A stretch of DNA of 64,000 bases from Emiliania huxleyi CCMP1516 (lineage: Eukaryota): NCBI RefSeq assembly GCF_000372725.1, contig NW_005201392.1, forward strand, positions 925,620-989,619, given 5' to 3'. The first letter of the stretch is position 1. Every line of letters begins with the position of its first letter. Position numbers and translations under genes: made by a program. This document shows, in pieces, positions 47,900 to 61,098 of this stretch. Under the pieces are notes generated by a model. The model searched no databases. It was given only the letters and a program-made list of their open reading frames with translations, and had not been told where the DNA came from.

Positions 47900-49393
47900 T
47901 CAGCCGTTCAGCGACGCTGCCCTCGCCCGCCGCGACCGCGTCCGGTTTGCCGCCTTTGCGCGCCCGCGTCCCCGAGTCCAGTTGGCTGCTCGACGCACTG
48001 ACCACAGCGCAGCCTGAGTGATGCTGGCGCTCGGCGTGGCCCCAAACGAGGAGGTGGCGAGATGTGCCATTGCGCGGGCCCAGGAGTGCGTGCGGCTGCG
48101 GTTGCCTCGGCCCGAGAGCCGGCGAGGCTCGACGCCATGGCTGAACTCAGTGGGCGAGAGCGCCACCTCGGCCAGCCGCCTCCGCAGCTCCGTTGGCCCT
48201 CCCGACCGCCAGCGGAAGACATGCAGCGCGCCGCCGCCACCACTGTCGAGCGTGTAGATGCGCTCCGCGTCCGCCGCCAACGCAGTCAGCGCTACGGGCG
48301 AGTCGCCTCCCGGCGGCGTCACCGCCTGGTAGGCTCTCTTGCCGTCCTCTGAGAGGACCCGCAGCCCCGTCGCCTCCATCACGACGAGGACGGCGCGACC
48401 TGCGCACAGCAGCAGAGACGTGTGACCGGGAGGGTTCGCCACGCCGACGGCTGGGGAAAGGCTGGGTGGCGACGCCTCCCGACGGCTTGAGCACCATCAC
48501 CCCGCGTGGAGAGTTGAGACCGTGGCTGTCGATCCGGTCAAACAGCACCGGCCGCTCCCGCTTGGAGCGCAGCGCAAAGACCCAGACGCAAGCGGCGACC
48601 GGATCCGCGGCGTAGAGCTTGCCGCCATGCGCGGCGAGGCCGTGGGGGTTAAAATCCTGCAGGCAGGCGGGGAGGGTGTGAGATTGCAGGCAGGGGAGAG
48701 AGATGCGAAGCAGGGTCTCATAGTGGGGGCGCGGGCCTTGCCCTCGACTGACGCCGCGTTTAGGACGCTCTCGGTGCGCAACGTGTGCTGCTGCAGGATG
48801 CGGATTGCGTGCGATGTCGGATCCGACACAAAGACGCGCTGCGCGGCGACGCACATCCCGTGCGGGTCGCGCAGCTTTGGCGCAGTCGAGTAGCGCATGT
48901 GTCCTCCCCCCGGGAGAGCGAGCTGCTGCACGCGGTTGGTGCCTGCACATCACCGCGCAGAGCAATGTCGGCCGCGGCGTAAAAGAGAGGCGTCGGCAAA
49001 GGGCAAGCCCCCTCCACATTGTGGGCATGGGGAAAAGGCTCTCGCGGCTATTTCAAGCGCACCGCGTTCGCCAACGAGCAGCGAGTGGGAGACGGGCACG
49101 TTGTTGACGCGGAGGTCCTTGTGCATAATCACGGCGAGGTGCGCGGGGCGATTGAGCTGGCCCGGTGCGCTGCCCGGCGTGCCCATCCGCCGAATCACCC
49201 TCCCATCCGCCGACGCGACCACGAGCGAGCCGCGTGCTGTGTCAGAGAGGAGCAGCTCTCCGGTCGGAAGCAGGAGGACTGAGGCGGCTGAGGCGAGCGT
49301 GTCGGCGGGCAGCTCGACAGGCCGCTCGTACTCAATGACCACCGGGGCTCGCGCAGCCGCCGCGGCGAGCAGGAGCGCTAGGCAGCCCGCCAT
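47900..49393 (-). CDS. Secreted NHL-repeat (beta-propeller) protein, multi-exon
   Basis: Signal peptide; GTPGSAPGQLNRPAHLAV, LRDPHGMCV...VFVSD, FNPHGLA...LYAAD, LNSPRGV; 3' end approximate. Confidence 0.75.
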
Positions 49394-49829
49394 GGCGCGG
49401 CGCGGGGCCCCCATACTTGGATGTTTGGCCCGCCCCGGGTGGTTGGAAGTCTGCGGGTTCGGGCTCCGTGTGGATGGGAAGCTTAGCCTTGCTGAGATGA
49501 CTGGAACGGCAACTAGCGATCCAGCTATTCTTTTCTTTGTATTGCCCGCCTCGACGCCAGCGCTGCCGCCGGGCGACGCCGCGCCGCCGCCGGACGACGG
49601 ATAAGGATCCTCTGTGCCATCTGAGGCCGCCGCGAATGCGCCGCACCTATACCTACTGTACCTATTCCCACGCAGCGGAGAGATCAAGCCCTCTACCTAT
49701 GTGGGAGCTCCAAGCGCAGAGCCCCTATCCGGCGGGGAGGCGGGGAGCCCGAGAACCCTGGCTCTGACGCGCAATCCAAGCTGCAGAAACGAGCTTTCAG
49801 TGCCTACAAGTGTAGGCACTGGATTATCG

Positions 49830-49978
49830 TGCGCGCGGAGCGCGCTGGTGCTACCCGGACACACGCGCGGAGCGCGCTAGCTGGACACACGCGCGGAGCG
49901 CGCTAGCTAGACACACGCGCGGAGCGCGCTGGCTAGATACCGCGCGGAGCGCGCTGGCACCTATGTGCGCGGAGCGCA
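49830..49978. repeat. Imperfect ~25-bp tandem repeat with core CGCGCGGAGCGCGCT
   Basis: About six copies of the core. Confidence 0.8.
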
Positions 49979-50726
49979 CCGCGGTACCGGTAGAGTCTAG
50001 ACACATGAAGACAGTCTGTTGCAGTCAGCTGTGGCCACGCTTCTTCGAAGCTGGCCTGACGTCGTAGCACGCGTCTGGCAGACGCTGTGGTCTCTGCCTT
50101 CTTCCGCGTCATGACCACACCCCGCTGCAGCGAAGCTCCAATGCCGCCCCTCTGTGCATGTGACCTGAGCTGTCGTTGTGGTGAAAGCGGTCTTCCCAGT
50201 TGAGCCCGCCCCAGTTCTCGAGCGCACGGTTGATGAAGGGCACGGCGACGGCCGCATGTAGCGCCCCCAGAGACACGCGCGGAGCGCGCCGCTGCACAGG
50301 CGCGGAGCGCCGCCACTTGAGATTGGGCCTGTGGGTGGGCCGAGTGGTTCCTAGCGTGTGAGTCAACTCTTAATAGAAATCGCACCAGCCCTCCTCAACC
50401 CTCTAAATTTTCTTCGGGGCGCGCTCCGCGCGCGGCGCTCCGCGCCTGACTCCTTGAGCAGCGTAGGCGCTGGCTCGCACATGTTCTGCAGCTTGGCGCG
50501 CAATCGGCCGTGTCCGACACGGCGATACGAGTACACTGTACACATGGAACATCGCGGAACATGAGAAGGGGGGGGGGAGGGTCGTGTAAAACCTCCCTCA
50601 GAACAGTCCAAGTCCCGTGCCCAGTGCTGTGCGAGGGAGCCCGTAAAAATCCTTTATTGGTGTACCCGCTGTGTGTCAGCGCCAGTGCGCGCCAGTCCCG
50701 CGCCTAGTGTTGTGAGAGGGAGTGCA

Positions 50727-51637
50727 CCTGGGCCACACTTCACAGAAGGTGCTCACCTCAACACCTTGGGTGCAGTCCCTCTGACCCTACCCCCGGTGCC
50801 GGTGTGGGCGCTGGCCGGCACACTTAGGTAGAGATACAGTAAGGTACAGACATGGGCCACTTACCTAAGGTGGAGGTATAGGACACCGCGCGCTACCTCG
50901 GTAAAGGTACGGGTGAGGTATGTGGGCGCCTCGCCGGACACACGCTCGCCCCCTCCCGACGGCCCCGCCCGACACGCTACTTAGCAGCATATATGGCGTG
51001 TTCTGGAGAACGTTGGAGCAGCGACATGTCGACGTCACTGAGCGGGTCGGCGGAGGGTGGGTCGACGGCCCGTGGCCGAGCCCGAGGATGGCGCAGCCGA
51101 AGCGGCAGCGTCGGAGGCTCGGAGCTCGATGGGTCCGGCGAGGTGGAGGACGGTGCAGCCGAGGGGGCGGAGACGTTGCCGTACTTCACCGTGAACTCGA
51201 CGGCCGTGCCCGGGTACGACGCGTTCTGCTCCGCGCCGGTGAGCTGCGGGAAGTGCTTGGGCCTGCTTGCCCGGGAGCTTGACGGCTAGCTTGACGGCCC
51301 TCGAGACTGTCAGCGGGCCCGGGTACTGCTTGATCACGTCCATGCCCATGGTCTGGAGCGTCGTGTTCTGCGTGGAGGTGGGCTTCTTGGGCGCCATGAG
51401 AGCTGTGTGTTGCGTTTCGCGCGACGGGCGGTGCACACCTTATTCGCGCGCACCGCTGGTGTGAATGTCTCGAGAGTACCCCAGGTACCGGTGTGGACAT
51501 GTGGAGGGTACCTCGGTATAAGGTGCGCTAAGGTATAGCACTCACACACACACCTAGGTAGAGGGTGTGGGCGCTGCGCGCCTACCTCTGTGTCGGTACA
51601 AGGTGTACACCTGCACCTTCTGAAGCGTGGCACCTGG
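50727..51637. mobile_element. Degenerate internally deleted TIR element
   Basis: Imperfect inverted ends CCTGGGCCACACTTCACAGAAGGTGC / GCACCTTCTGAAGCGTGGCACCTGG; AGGTA/TACCT subterminal motifs; broken minus-strand ORF MAPKKPTS... at 50977-51397. Confidence 0.5.
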
Positions 51638-53920
51638 GAGTTGGTGCACTTGGAGAGACAACGGGGCTGCCGACACAGCCTGAGCGAACTCGTCACACCC
51701 GATTGGCGAGGGCGTCGGCAGGTTGGGTGGTACTGGGTGGCGAGGGGTGGGCGGCGACGGCGAGGGATGGCGGCGGCGAGGGCGGCGGCGGCGAGGTTGG
51801 CGGCGGGCTGGGTGGTGGTAACAGGAGGAAGAGTGCGGCGGGGGCGAACGGTGGCAGGGCGAGGGTGACGGTAGGTGTGGAGCTGTGGACACAAGGGAGT
51901 AGGCGGCGACGACATGCAGCGCATCAGTGGATCACCACACGAGGAAGTGGAGAGTCGGGCGCGGGCGGGCGAGCTAGCGGTGAGGCGGGGGGAGGGTGAC
52001 ATGGCGAGGGCGGTGGCGGGTGGATCACGAGGAAGTAGACATTCGGGCGGCGGGAGGCGAGGGCGATGGTTGTTGCCTTGAAGAATTGGCAAACACTGAC
52101 AAACCAAAACTCGGGCCCAGGACTCGGGCCCACAGACATCTCGCACACCCGCCGCGTGCGCCCCACCTCGCGGACGGGCGCAGCCACGCAGAGAGAGAGC
52201 GAGGAGGGGAGGGACGAGGGACAGGCAGAGAGTCAGTGGGACCGTCCCGTCCGTATCCAAGTGATCTGTGATCTGTAAGGGTCCGCCCGCAGGCGCATTT
52301 TGTATACCGAGACGGTGCCCGGTGCCGAGCGCAGGCAGAGCCCACAGGTCGGACCTTAAGACAGCGTTGTAAATCCCTGGGCGAGGGTGGTGGAGAGGGC
52401 GGTCTGTCGGCGCGCTAAACCGTAACCCACCGAGGCGAGGCCGGATCCACGCGCTGTCGGACCGCCCCGTTGGAGGTAGACCGCTCGTCTAGCCAATCAG
52501 CCTTAAGCGAGCGGCCTGGCCGTTGGAATGGACTAAGACCAGTCCCCGTCGGGAGAGATCGTCTGGCGGAGGTGATCCTCAAGAGGTGATCTACCGTCAC
52601 CTCGCCGGCGTGCCCGGCGAGTTCGGCTTAGATCTCCCCTCCCGCGCCAGACAGTCCCTGTGGTGGTCACGCGGCCTCTGGCTGGAACGCAACTACCGGC
52701 GGGACCGCGGTAGGACCGCCACAGGGACTGTCTGGCGCCCCCGCCAACTACCGCGGTCCCGCCGAAGAGGGAGGAGTCGCCGAAGGACGGGTAGTCGTCG
52801 GTCATGCGGGGGGAGGAGGAGTCGGCGAGCAGCAGGGAGGAGAAATGCCTGAGAGGGTGGGGAGGGAGGCGTGAGGCGCGAGGTGAGGGGCGTGGGGGCG
52901 CGGGGCGCGGGTCGTGGGTGCGCGGGTGGGAGGCGAGGCGTGAGGCGCAGGGCAGGGGCAAGGTGTTTTGTGTGTGTGTGTGTGTGGGGGGGGGGGGTTG
53001 TGCGAGGGCTGGGCGGGGCAGGGCAGGGCGGCGGCGAGCGGCGAGCGGCGTCGGCGAGATCGGCGACGAAGAGAGGCGGTGGTGACGTACACGGCGGCAG
53101 TGTTTACGGCAGCAGCGCCGGTGGCGGCCCCGCGCAGCGGCGGCGGCGCCCTGAGTGAGGCAGACTGCCATGTACAGCCTGCTGGGAACGCTCCCGACGA
53201 GCGGCGCGCCATGCGGGCCCGCCGCGGGCGACGCGGGCGGCGAGCCGACACGCGTGTCGCAGGCGTAGACAGCACTGGCGAAGCGAGGCGGCCGGCGCCG
53301 GCCCCGGAGGCGGCTGCAGTAAGAGCAGCGAGGCAGAAGTCACTGTCCAAGGCGTACTGAGCAGGCTGCCATCGAGCAGCGCGCCATGCGGGCCTGCCGC
53401 CGGCGACGAGATTGGAGAGCCGACAGGCATCGAAGAGGTAAGTACTGAGGAGGGCCATCGCGCCCGAGGCGGTCCGCGCCGGCCCTGCAGGCCGTCTCAG
53501 AGAGCCTGGCGAGGCTGTACAGAATGCCGAGAGCATACTGAGCAGGCTGCCGTCGAGCGACGAGCCATGCTGGCTCGTCGCAGGCGATGAGGTCGAGGAG
53601 CCGATCGGAGCGTCGCAGAGGCTGCCGACCACTGCCGTTCGCCCTCGGGCCCAGGGGTGGAAGGCAAGCTTCCTGGCGTTTCTGGCGAGCGTCCAGACGT
53701 CGCAGAGCATCCGGCAGGCGCGCAGCGACCCAAATCTTTGCTCACCGCACGGCCGTGCGAGCCGTCGGTCGGTGGTGATGGTCGGCGTCGGCGCGCGCCG
53801 ACCAACGCGGCTGCGGTGGGCGTCATGACTCATGTGGCGGGCGACGGACTAGACATTGTGCGAATTTTCTTCGGTTTCCCATCATTCCAAGTAAGCAAGC
53901 ACCTATACCTCGCTCGCTCG

Positions 53921-53925
<5 letters not shown>

Positions 53926-53975
<50 letters not shown>
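53926..53975. repeat. (CA)n microsatellite
   Basis: CA run. Confidence 0.95.
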
Positions 53976-53977
<2 letters not shown>

Positions 53978-54716
53978 CACACAACACATGGTTTGCATGC
54001 ATGGTGCGAGAACGCAGAGAGGGAGAAACGAAAGCAGACCGACCCCCAAGCAGGAGCGCTCTGGTGCTGGGCGGGTCGGGACCCCCCGCCCCCCCCTCAG
54101 GCCCCAGCAGCGCAGCTGGAGCGCGCTCTGTCTGTTGGGGGGTGCTGGCGTCTGTACCACGGGCGGACAGCTGTAACCTCCGCATGCATTCACCGGCGGG
54201 CCCTCCTCGTACTGCCAGCCGGGCGGTGCGGGGCATGCCAGCCTCTCTTTTACGCCTCCCTCTCGTGCCTCGCGGCGCCTCTGCTTCAAGGAAGGAACGA
54301 ACGAAGTGATACGGTTACGGACGGCTTCATTCATTTCGCAGAGAGTGCACATCTTTCTCTCGGGGGCATGCTGGACTCTGGCCCCGGATGCCACCTCGTC
54401 CTCGAGGATGCCACGCGACGGAGGGAAGTTGAACAAGAAGAGTAGCTCCCACCTGACTAGTGGTGCTCTCGAGGCCTAGCTATAGGCCCTAGCAGATCCG
54501 GAGAGGTGTGAAGCCCCGCCCGCCCCGGCCGGAGAGGGGGTGGAGGAGAGAGGGGGGGGGGGAGGGGGGCAGCCAGTTCGACGCCTCGATCGACCCCGGG
54601 GAGACGACAGGACACTGCGCTCAGCACGGCTTCGAGAGCATCGATCGAAGCTTGCTATACGCGAGGGGTTGCGTTTCTTTTTTGCCTCTCGTGGAGCGAG
54701 GCCCTGCTGCAGAGCG

Positions 54717-55555
54717 ATGTTCAGCAGCGCTGCGCAGAGCCGCCCCCCCTGCGCTCCCTGCCTCACCTCCCACCTGACTCGGATCGTAGGGGCCGCGTCA
54801 TCCGCGGGCAGCGCAAGGGCGCTGGCTCCATCTTCACCTCGCACACCAAGCACCGCAAGGGGCCCGCCTCTCTGCGCGCGATCGACTATGCGGAGCGGCA
54901 CGGCTACATTCGTGGCGTGATTCGCGACATCATCCACGATCCGGGCCGCGGCGCGCCCATCGCCAAGGTCGAGTTCAAGAACCAGTACAAGTTCAAGACC
55001 ATGAAGGAGCAGTGGACCGCGACGGAGGGGATGTACACTGGCCAGTTTGTGTACTGCGGCAAGCGGGCGCAGCTGGTGCCAGGCAACGTGCTGCCGCTGT
55101 CGTCGATGCCGCCGGGTACGGTGATCAACAACGTGGAGAAGCAGGCGGGCGACAAGGGCAAGTTCGCGAAGACGTCCGGCGGCTTTGCGCAGATTATCCA
55201 GCACATTGAGGGCGCGGGAAAGACGCGGGTGCGGCTGCCGTCGGGGCAGAAGAAAACCATCTCATCGGCGTCGCGCGCGTCGATCGGCATTGTGGCCGGC
55301 GGCGGCCGCATCGACAAGCCCCTGCTCAAGGCCGGCCGCGCCTTCCACAAGTACCGCGTCAAGCGCAACTCGTGGCCAAAGGTGCGCGGCGTCGCGATGA
55401 ACCCGGTGGAGCACCCGCACGGTGGCGGTAACCACCAGCACATCGGCCACCCGTCGACGGTCAAGCGCGACTCGGTACCCGGCCAGAAGGTCGGCCTCAT
55501 CGCCGCGCGCCGCACGGGCCAGATCCGCGGCCGCAAGGAGATCAACGACAAGTAG
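54717..55555 (+). CDS. RPL8: 60S ribosomal protein L8 (uL2)
   Basis: [49 protein letters not shown]; intron 54719-54789. Confidence 0.97.
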
Positions 55556-56104
55556 ATTGCGCGGCCGGTGCAGCTGCGGCGGCTGCGCGCGCGCGCGGCC
55601 CGACACGCGCGCCTGAGCTCGCAGCTCGTCTGGCCGTAGGCGCGCCCGCCGGCTGCTCTCTCGCGGCGCGGGGGCTTGGGGGTAATGCATGGCGGCCGCG
55701 CCGTGTCCAACGTGTCGGGTTTATGAAACCTGACACTTGCGCCCCGGCCTGCGCGCTGGCGCGGGCGGAGCCGCGCGGCGTGCGCAGTGTGGGTCCAGTG
55801 TCTCTTGTCTTTTACGCATCTGTGACTATCGTACATTCCACCCGCCGCTGGTTTCCACACTTCATGACACGACACAACGAAAGAGCAGAAGTCCGCCATG
55901 TCCTCGGCGGAAGTCCGCCGGTGGCGCGCGTGCGGCGTGCCGGCGCGGCGCCGCCGGCGGCGCGCTGACAACCGTCAACCGAGCTCGGACCCCCGCTCTG
56001 TGGGCGCTGGGTCCGAGCTGTGCTGCAATGCGACCGACGGTGTATCAGCCACATAAAAAAGAATTTCCTCATTGATGCCGTGAACGCAGGTCCTCGATTG
56101 CTGC

Positions 56105-58073
56105 ATGTCTGCGCCGCTCAAAAAGAAGACCAAGCTGGCCGCCGCTCCGACGCTCGGCGTGAGCGCACCAATCTCGCTCGCCGGGCCGGACGCGCACGAC
56201 CTTCGCGAGACGCTCGCGCTCGAGCAAGAGTTGCGCGAGGCGCCGGCCGCTGGCGAGGGTGCGACGGCGTCAGCGGACGGCGCCGAGGTGTACGAGCGGC
56301 TGGTCGCAATCACCGCCCAGTGGGTGCAGGCGGTCGGACTCCGTGCCGGGCTGAGCGACGAGCAGGTTCGTGACGCGGGGTGTGCGCTGCTGCCATTCGG
56401 GTCGTATGCGCTGCTCGAGGAGCTGATGCCCGGCTCGGACCTCGACCTCGTCGTGGTGGTGCCGTACTTTGTGGATCGCGCCGACTTCTTCGCGGGCGGT
56501 GGCCTCGGCGGCGCCCTCCTCGCCCACGGCGCCGCCAACCTCCTCGCCGTCGAGGATGCTTTCGTCCCCGTCCTCAAGCTCTCGCTCGGCGGCGTGGCGG
56601 TCGACCTGCTCCTCGCGCGCGCCAAGGCGTCGAGCTCACACGAGATCCAACCTAGACCGCACACCATCACCGTAGCTCACCGCCACCCTCCCCGCCAAAG
56701 GTCCCGCAAGTGCCGCGCCGCCCGTCGCTCACCGACACGCTTCACCTCTACTCGCGCTGCATCGACGAGCCGGACGCACTCTCGCTCAACGGCTGCCTGG
56801 TCGCGGCGGAGGTGCTGCGGCTCGTGCCGAGCGCCGCCGCCTTCCGCACGGCGCTGCGCGCCGTCAAGCTGTGGGCGCGGCGGCGGCACATCGAGGGCTT
56901 CGCGCTCGGCTTGGCGGTCCTAGAAGCTGAAGCCGTGTTCTTGTATCGCAACCAGCGCTCGAGAGGACACGTCTTCGGCTGTATTTCGCCGTATTCGGCC
57001 GTATTCGGCTGTATTCGCACCCCCTCGCATTCGCGCGGGGCTCTGACGACGCTGCACGAGACCGTCCTCCCGCCCTCATGTTGGCGTATTCACCGCGCAG
57101 GCTTCCCGGGCGGCGTGGCTTGGGCGATCCTAGTCGCACGCGTGTGTCAGCTCTACCCCAACGCGGCCCCGTCGACGCTGTTCTCGCGCTTCTTCTCGAC
57201 CTGGCGCCCCCCCACCCCCCTCCCTCCTTTCCCTCCTGTCTTCCTTTCGGCGCGGCGCACAGCGTCTGTCGCCAGCGGCGTACTGCTCCTCTGGTGCCCT
57301 CAGGTCCCGATGGAAGTTTGGCGACCTCGTCGAGGGGACCGCGCTGCCCGTCCTGCTGGCGCCACTCGCCGCCCGCGCTTCAGACCGCGAGACGGCCGCG
57401 CCACCCGCGACCCTCGGCCTCTCGCGATCCGAATGGAACCCGGTGTAGTGCGGGGGGCGCGGAGGAAGGACGGGTGCGGGGAGGGCGCTTTCAGGCTGAG
57501 CGCCGACGGCGTGGCCATGGTAGGCGTCGTGGAGGGACCGTTCCTACCTCATGCCCGTCATCACGCCCACCCGCCCGCGGCTCAACGCCACGCGGACCGT
57601 GACGAGAACGACTCTGGCGGTGCTGCGCAACGAGCTCGAGCGCGCGCGAGAGCTGCTCCAGACGCAGCAGAGCGGGGGCGCGACGGCGGTACTCGAGCGG
57701 TCGCCCTTCTTCAGCAGCTACCGCGGGTACATCTGCGTCCACGTCTTCGCCGCCGCCGTCTCCGAGCAGCGGTATTGGCGCGGCTGGGTCAAGTCCCGGA
57801 TCTCGCGCTTCGTTGGCGCGCTCGAGCGGTGAAAGCTCCCCCCCCCCCCCCCCTCTCCCCCACTTGCCTCCTCAGTGCCATCAGCCTCGCAATGGCACCG
57901 CGCCCCGACGCGCTCTGCTGTGCTGCCGCCGAGGCGCACCCCCACCCCTCTGCCACCGCCCCCACTCTCACCGCCACCACGCGCAGGTATGGCCGTATCG
58001 AAAGACTCCACCCGCTGCCTACCGCCGTGCGGGTCGAGCCTCCGCCTGCGGTGCTGCGGCAGATGCAGCTCAT

Positions 58074-58106
<33 letters not shown>

Positions 58107-58481
58107 CCCCGCTGCCGCGCCGCCGCCCGGTTGTCACTGCTGTTTCTTCATTGGCGTCGGCTTTGCGCCCGAGCGGCTTGCGCCGCCGCCCGCCGCACGA
58201 TCGGCGCCTACCGACGCGCCCGACGGCACCAGCCTCGACCTGAGGGATGCCGCCGAGGAGTTTGTCGATCTGGTGGCGGGCTGGGAGCAGATGCCGCGCC
58301 TCTGCCCGTCGGGGCAGGTTCCCGCGGCTCTCGTCCGCGGATCCGTTTCGGCGCGTCGGTGACACGTTCGCGACACTGATAGGTCCACTTGTGCTATTGC
58401 CGGCAGCCCGAGCTCCCCGCTGCGCTAACGTCCGGCTTCTTGCCCGCCGACGCCGCCGATGACGAGGCGGACGATTTCTGA
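56105..58481 (+). CDS. Canonical poly(A) polymerase, multi-exon
   Basis: FGSY...SDLD, DAFVPVLK...VDLL, SLNG, KLWARRR, GFPGGVAWAILVARVCQLYPNA, MPVITP. Confidence 0.93.
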
Positions 58482-59678
58482 GATTGGCATCAGCACGTCG
58501 TCGTCGCACGTCAAAACATTTTCTTATTTGTGAAGAGAGCGATTAGTTTCGACCGCGAGTCGTTCTTTATAAGCCGAAATAAAGCTTAAAGGGGCGAGGG
58601 CTCTGGGGGGGCGCGGGGGCCCTAGAGGGTACCCATGCGGGGGGAGATGGGGTCCCACGGCCCGCCGCAGGCGCCGATTTTTTCGAGATTTAATTATCAG
58701 ATTTTTTTCGAGCATTTTTTACTTGTTTTCATGGGAATTCGGCGACGGCGTATTGCGGCCATGCTATCACGCCTTGCGACAGCCTGTCGGCGCTGCTGAC
58801 CGTGCCCTGCTGCACAATTGATCACCTGCATAGCTCGCAGCCTTAGTATCAAGCATTCAGTGACGACCTGATCGTACGGTCAGTAGGAAGGTGTCCTTCC
58901 AACGTGTGCACGCTTCTGGCGCAATGCGCGTCGCCTCGGATTGGCTGCTGGCACTCTCGAGGCTATGCCTACGCAGCCTCGCGCGCATGGGCAGTCAAGA
59001 GGGACCACGCACCTTCTCAGGACAGCGCCGGTACCTCTCTCTTGGACCGGCAAACTTGGTGGTCTCGTGTCACCAATGTGGGACCAGTGCGGCATCGCGC
59101 CATCGACAGCTCTGAACTGCGCCTCACCACCGACCGGGAAGGCCGCCAAGTGGGCCAGCACAGGTTGCACATTGTGGCAGCAGTCAGCAGTGCATGTCTG
59201 ATAGCTAGAGCAGCAGCGTCAGGGTCGCAGGGTCGGATCGTGTCAAGCCTCTCGCCCGGCCGGCCGCGTGCAGACGTCGGCCTGTCTGCTGTCTGGAGTG
59301 ATCTGTCGGCGGTCAGTACGACCGATCAGGTCGGAGTTTTCTGATGGTTGGAGGGTCTATCTGTATGTACTCCTCGAGATCTCTCCAAATCTGCCCTCTA
59401 ATCAACCGTAATCATCCGGGAAGTTGGTGCTAACGGAGACTAACGGAGCCGGGGCCCCGTTTCCGCACTGCGGCGCGGCGCACGGTGCCTCCGGGGGCCC
59501 CCGCGCCCCCCCAGAGGGCGAGGGGGGGTCGGTCGTCACTCCCCGCTCCCGCCGCCGCGAGAGAGAGCGAGCAGCCACCCCGACCGGTGGTGGGTGGACC
59601 GCCTCGGAGGGGGGGTCCGGTCCACCCCTCGGGGGCAGACCACCTACCGGCAATTGCCCCTGGGAGTCCCCACAAACT

Positions 59679-59784
59679 AAGAAAGAAAGAAAACAGACAC
59701 CCCAAGGGAGGGATGGGAGGACGGCACGCCGCCACCACACAGGGATTTTAAGGAGAGGAGTGTGGTGCTAAGCCGTCGCCCACC
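59679..59784 (-). mobile_element. TTTC-tailed retroposed copy
   Basis: Reverse complement of 45257-45366; no clear TSD. Confidence 0.8.
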
Positions 59785-60174
59785 CCCCACCACTTTAACC
59801 CTTGGGCGTCTGCCTCTTTCTATCTCCCTTCGCAGTCCCTCGCCGATTCTCGCTGCAACCTTCATGCCACCTCGCGGTCGCCCCACTCTCGTCGTTCTCC
59901 CTCCTGTCGCTCCATCCTCTGTCGCGTCGCTCTCCTCTACCTCGTCCTGCTGCGCCGCCGCTGCCCGCCGATCCCGCTCTCGCGGCTTCTTCTCGGCGCA
60001 ACTCCGCCCTCCTCGCGGCGTATTTTGGCCCCTCGAGTTTATCAAGCTCTCCTCGCGCAAGGACGACTCTTTCTGACACCCACCCCAATCATTTGCCGCC
60101 AAGTGGGGGTCCCCACGAAGTAAACCCGGGACATCAACGTTTATTTCGAAGTGCGGCGCGCTCCAAGAAACCAA

Positions 60175-60555
60175 ATGGCGGGCCTTCGCGCCGATGAGCT
60201 GGAGCAGATGGCTGGTTTGAACCTTGGCGTAGGTTTGCCGGGCGCGCACCCCGGCGGGGCGCCGCTTCCAGGCTTTGGAGGTGGCGGCCTGCCTGGCGGA
60301 TGCGGCGGCGGCGGCGGCGGCTTCAGCGTCGGTGGTGGCGGGTTTGGTGGTGGCATGGCCAAGGGGTATGGCGCTGGAGTCGGCGTCGGCGTCGGCGTTG
60401 GCCCCGGTGGCGGCCAGGGACAGCGTGCGCTGCTTGGCAATGCGCCGCCTCTGCCACCAGGCGGCCATCGCGGCCAACCAGGCAGTGCTGGACAGCACGC
60501 GCAGCATTTCGGCGGCGGCGGCGGTTCCGCGGGGTTCTCGGCGGGGGGCGGCTTC

Positions 60556-60586
<31 letters not shown>

Positions 60587-60597
60587 GCGGCTATGGG

Positions 60598-60630
<33 letters not shown>

Positions 60631-61098
60631 TATGGCGGCGGCGGCGGCGGCGGCGGCGGCTACGGTGGCGGAAACTATGGTGGCCGCTTCGGTGACGGTA
60701 GCAACTATGGCAGTGGCGGCAGTGGCAACGACTACGGTGGCGGCGGCGGATTCTCTGGGCGAGGACGTCAGCAGCAGTGGGGCGGCGGGCTCGGATCCGG
60801 CGGCGGCGGCGGTCTCTCCATCGGAGACTTCCCAAAGGCGGCAGCGGAGTTCACTGCGGACGCGCCAGCCTTTGGACCTACCGGTTGGCAGGGCGGGGGC
60901 GGCGACGGCCGCGCGCTACTCACGGGGCGAGAGGACGGGGCGATGGTGCTTGCTTGCCCCTGCTGCCCCTTGCGCCGGGAGCTGGCTCCCGTCCTCAGCG
61001 CGAGCGGGATCCGCCCACAGGTGCTGGTCTCCTACCACGAGCTCAAGCAGGTGCTCGAGCGTTCGTTTGGTGAGATTGCCGCTGCGGCAGAGCAGTGA
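60175..61098 (+). CDS. Gly-rich low-complexity hypothetical protein
   Basis: Poly-G repeatedly punctuated by Y/F (GGGY, GGGF), with a non-repetitive C-terminus. Confidence 0.4.

Noticed and set aside
52300..53830. Long ORFs and short imperfect repeats (TACTGAGCAGGCTGCC)
   Set aside because: Low complexity, with no domain or element boundaries identifiable.
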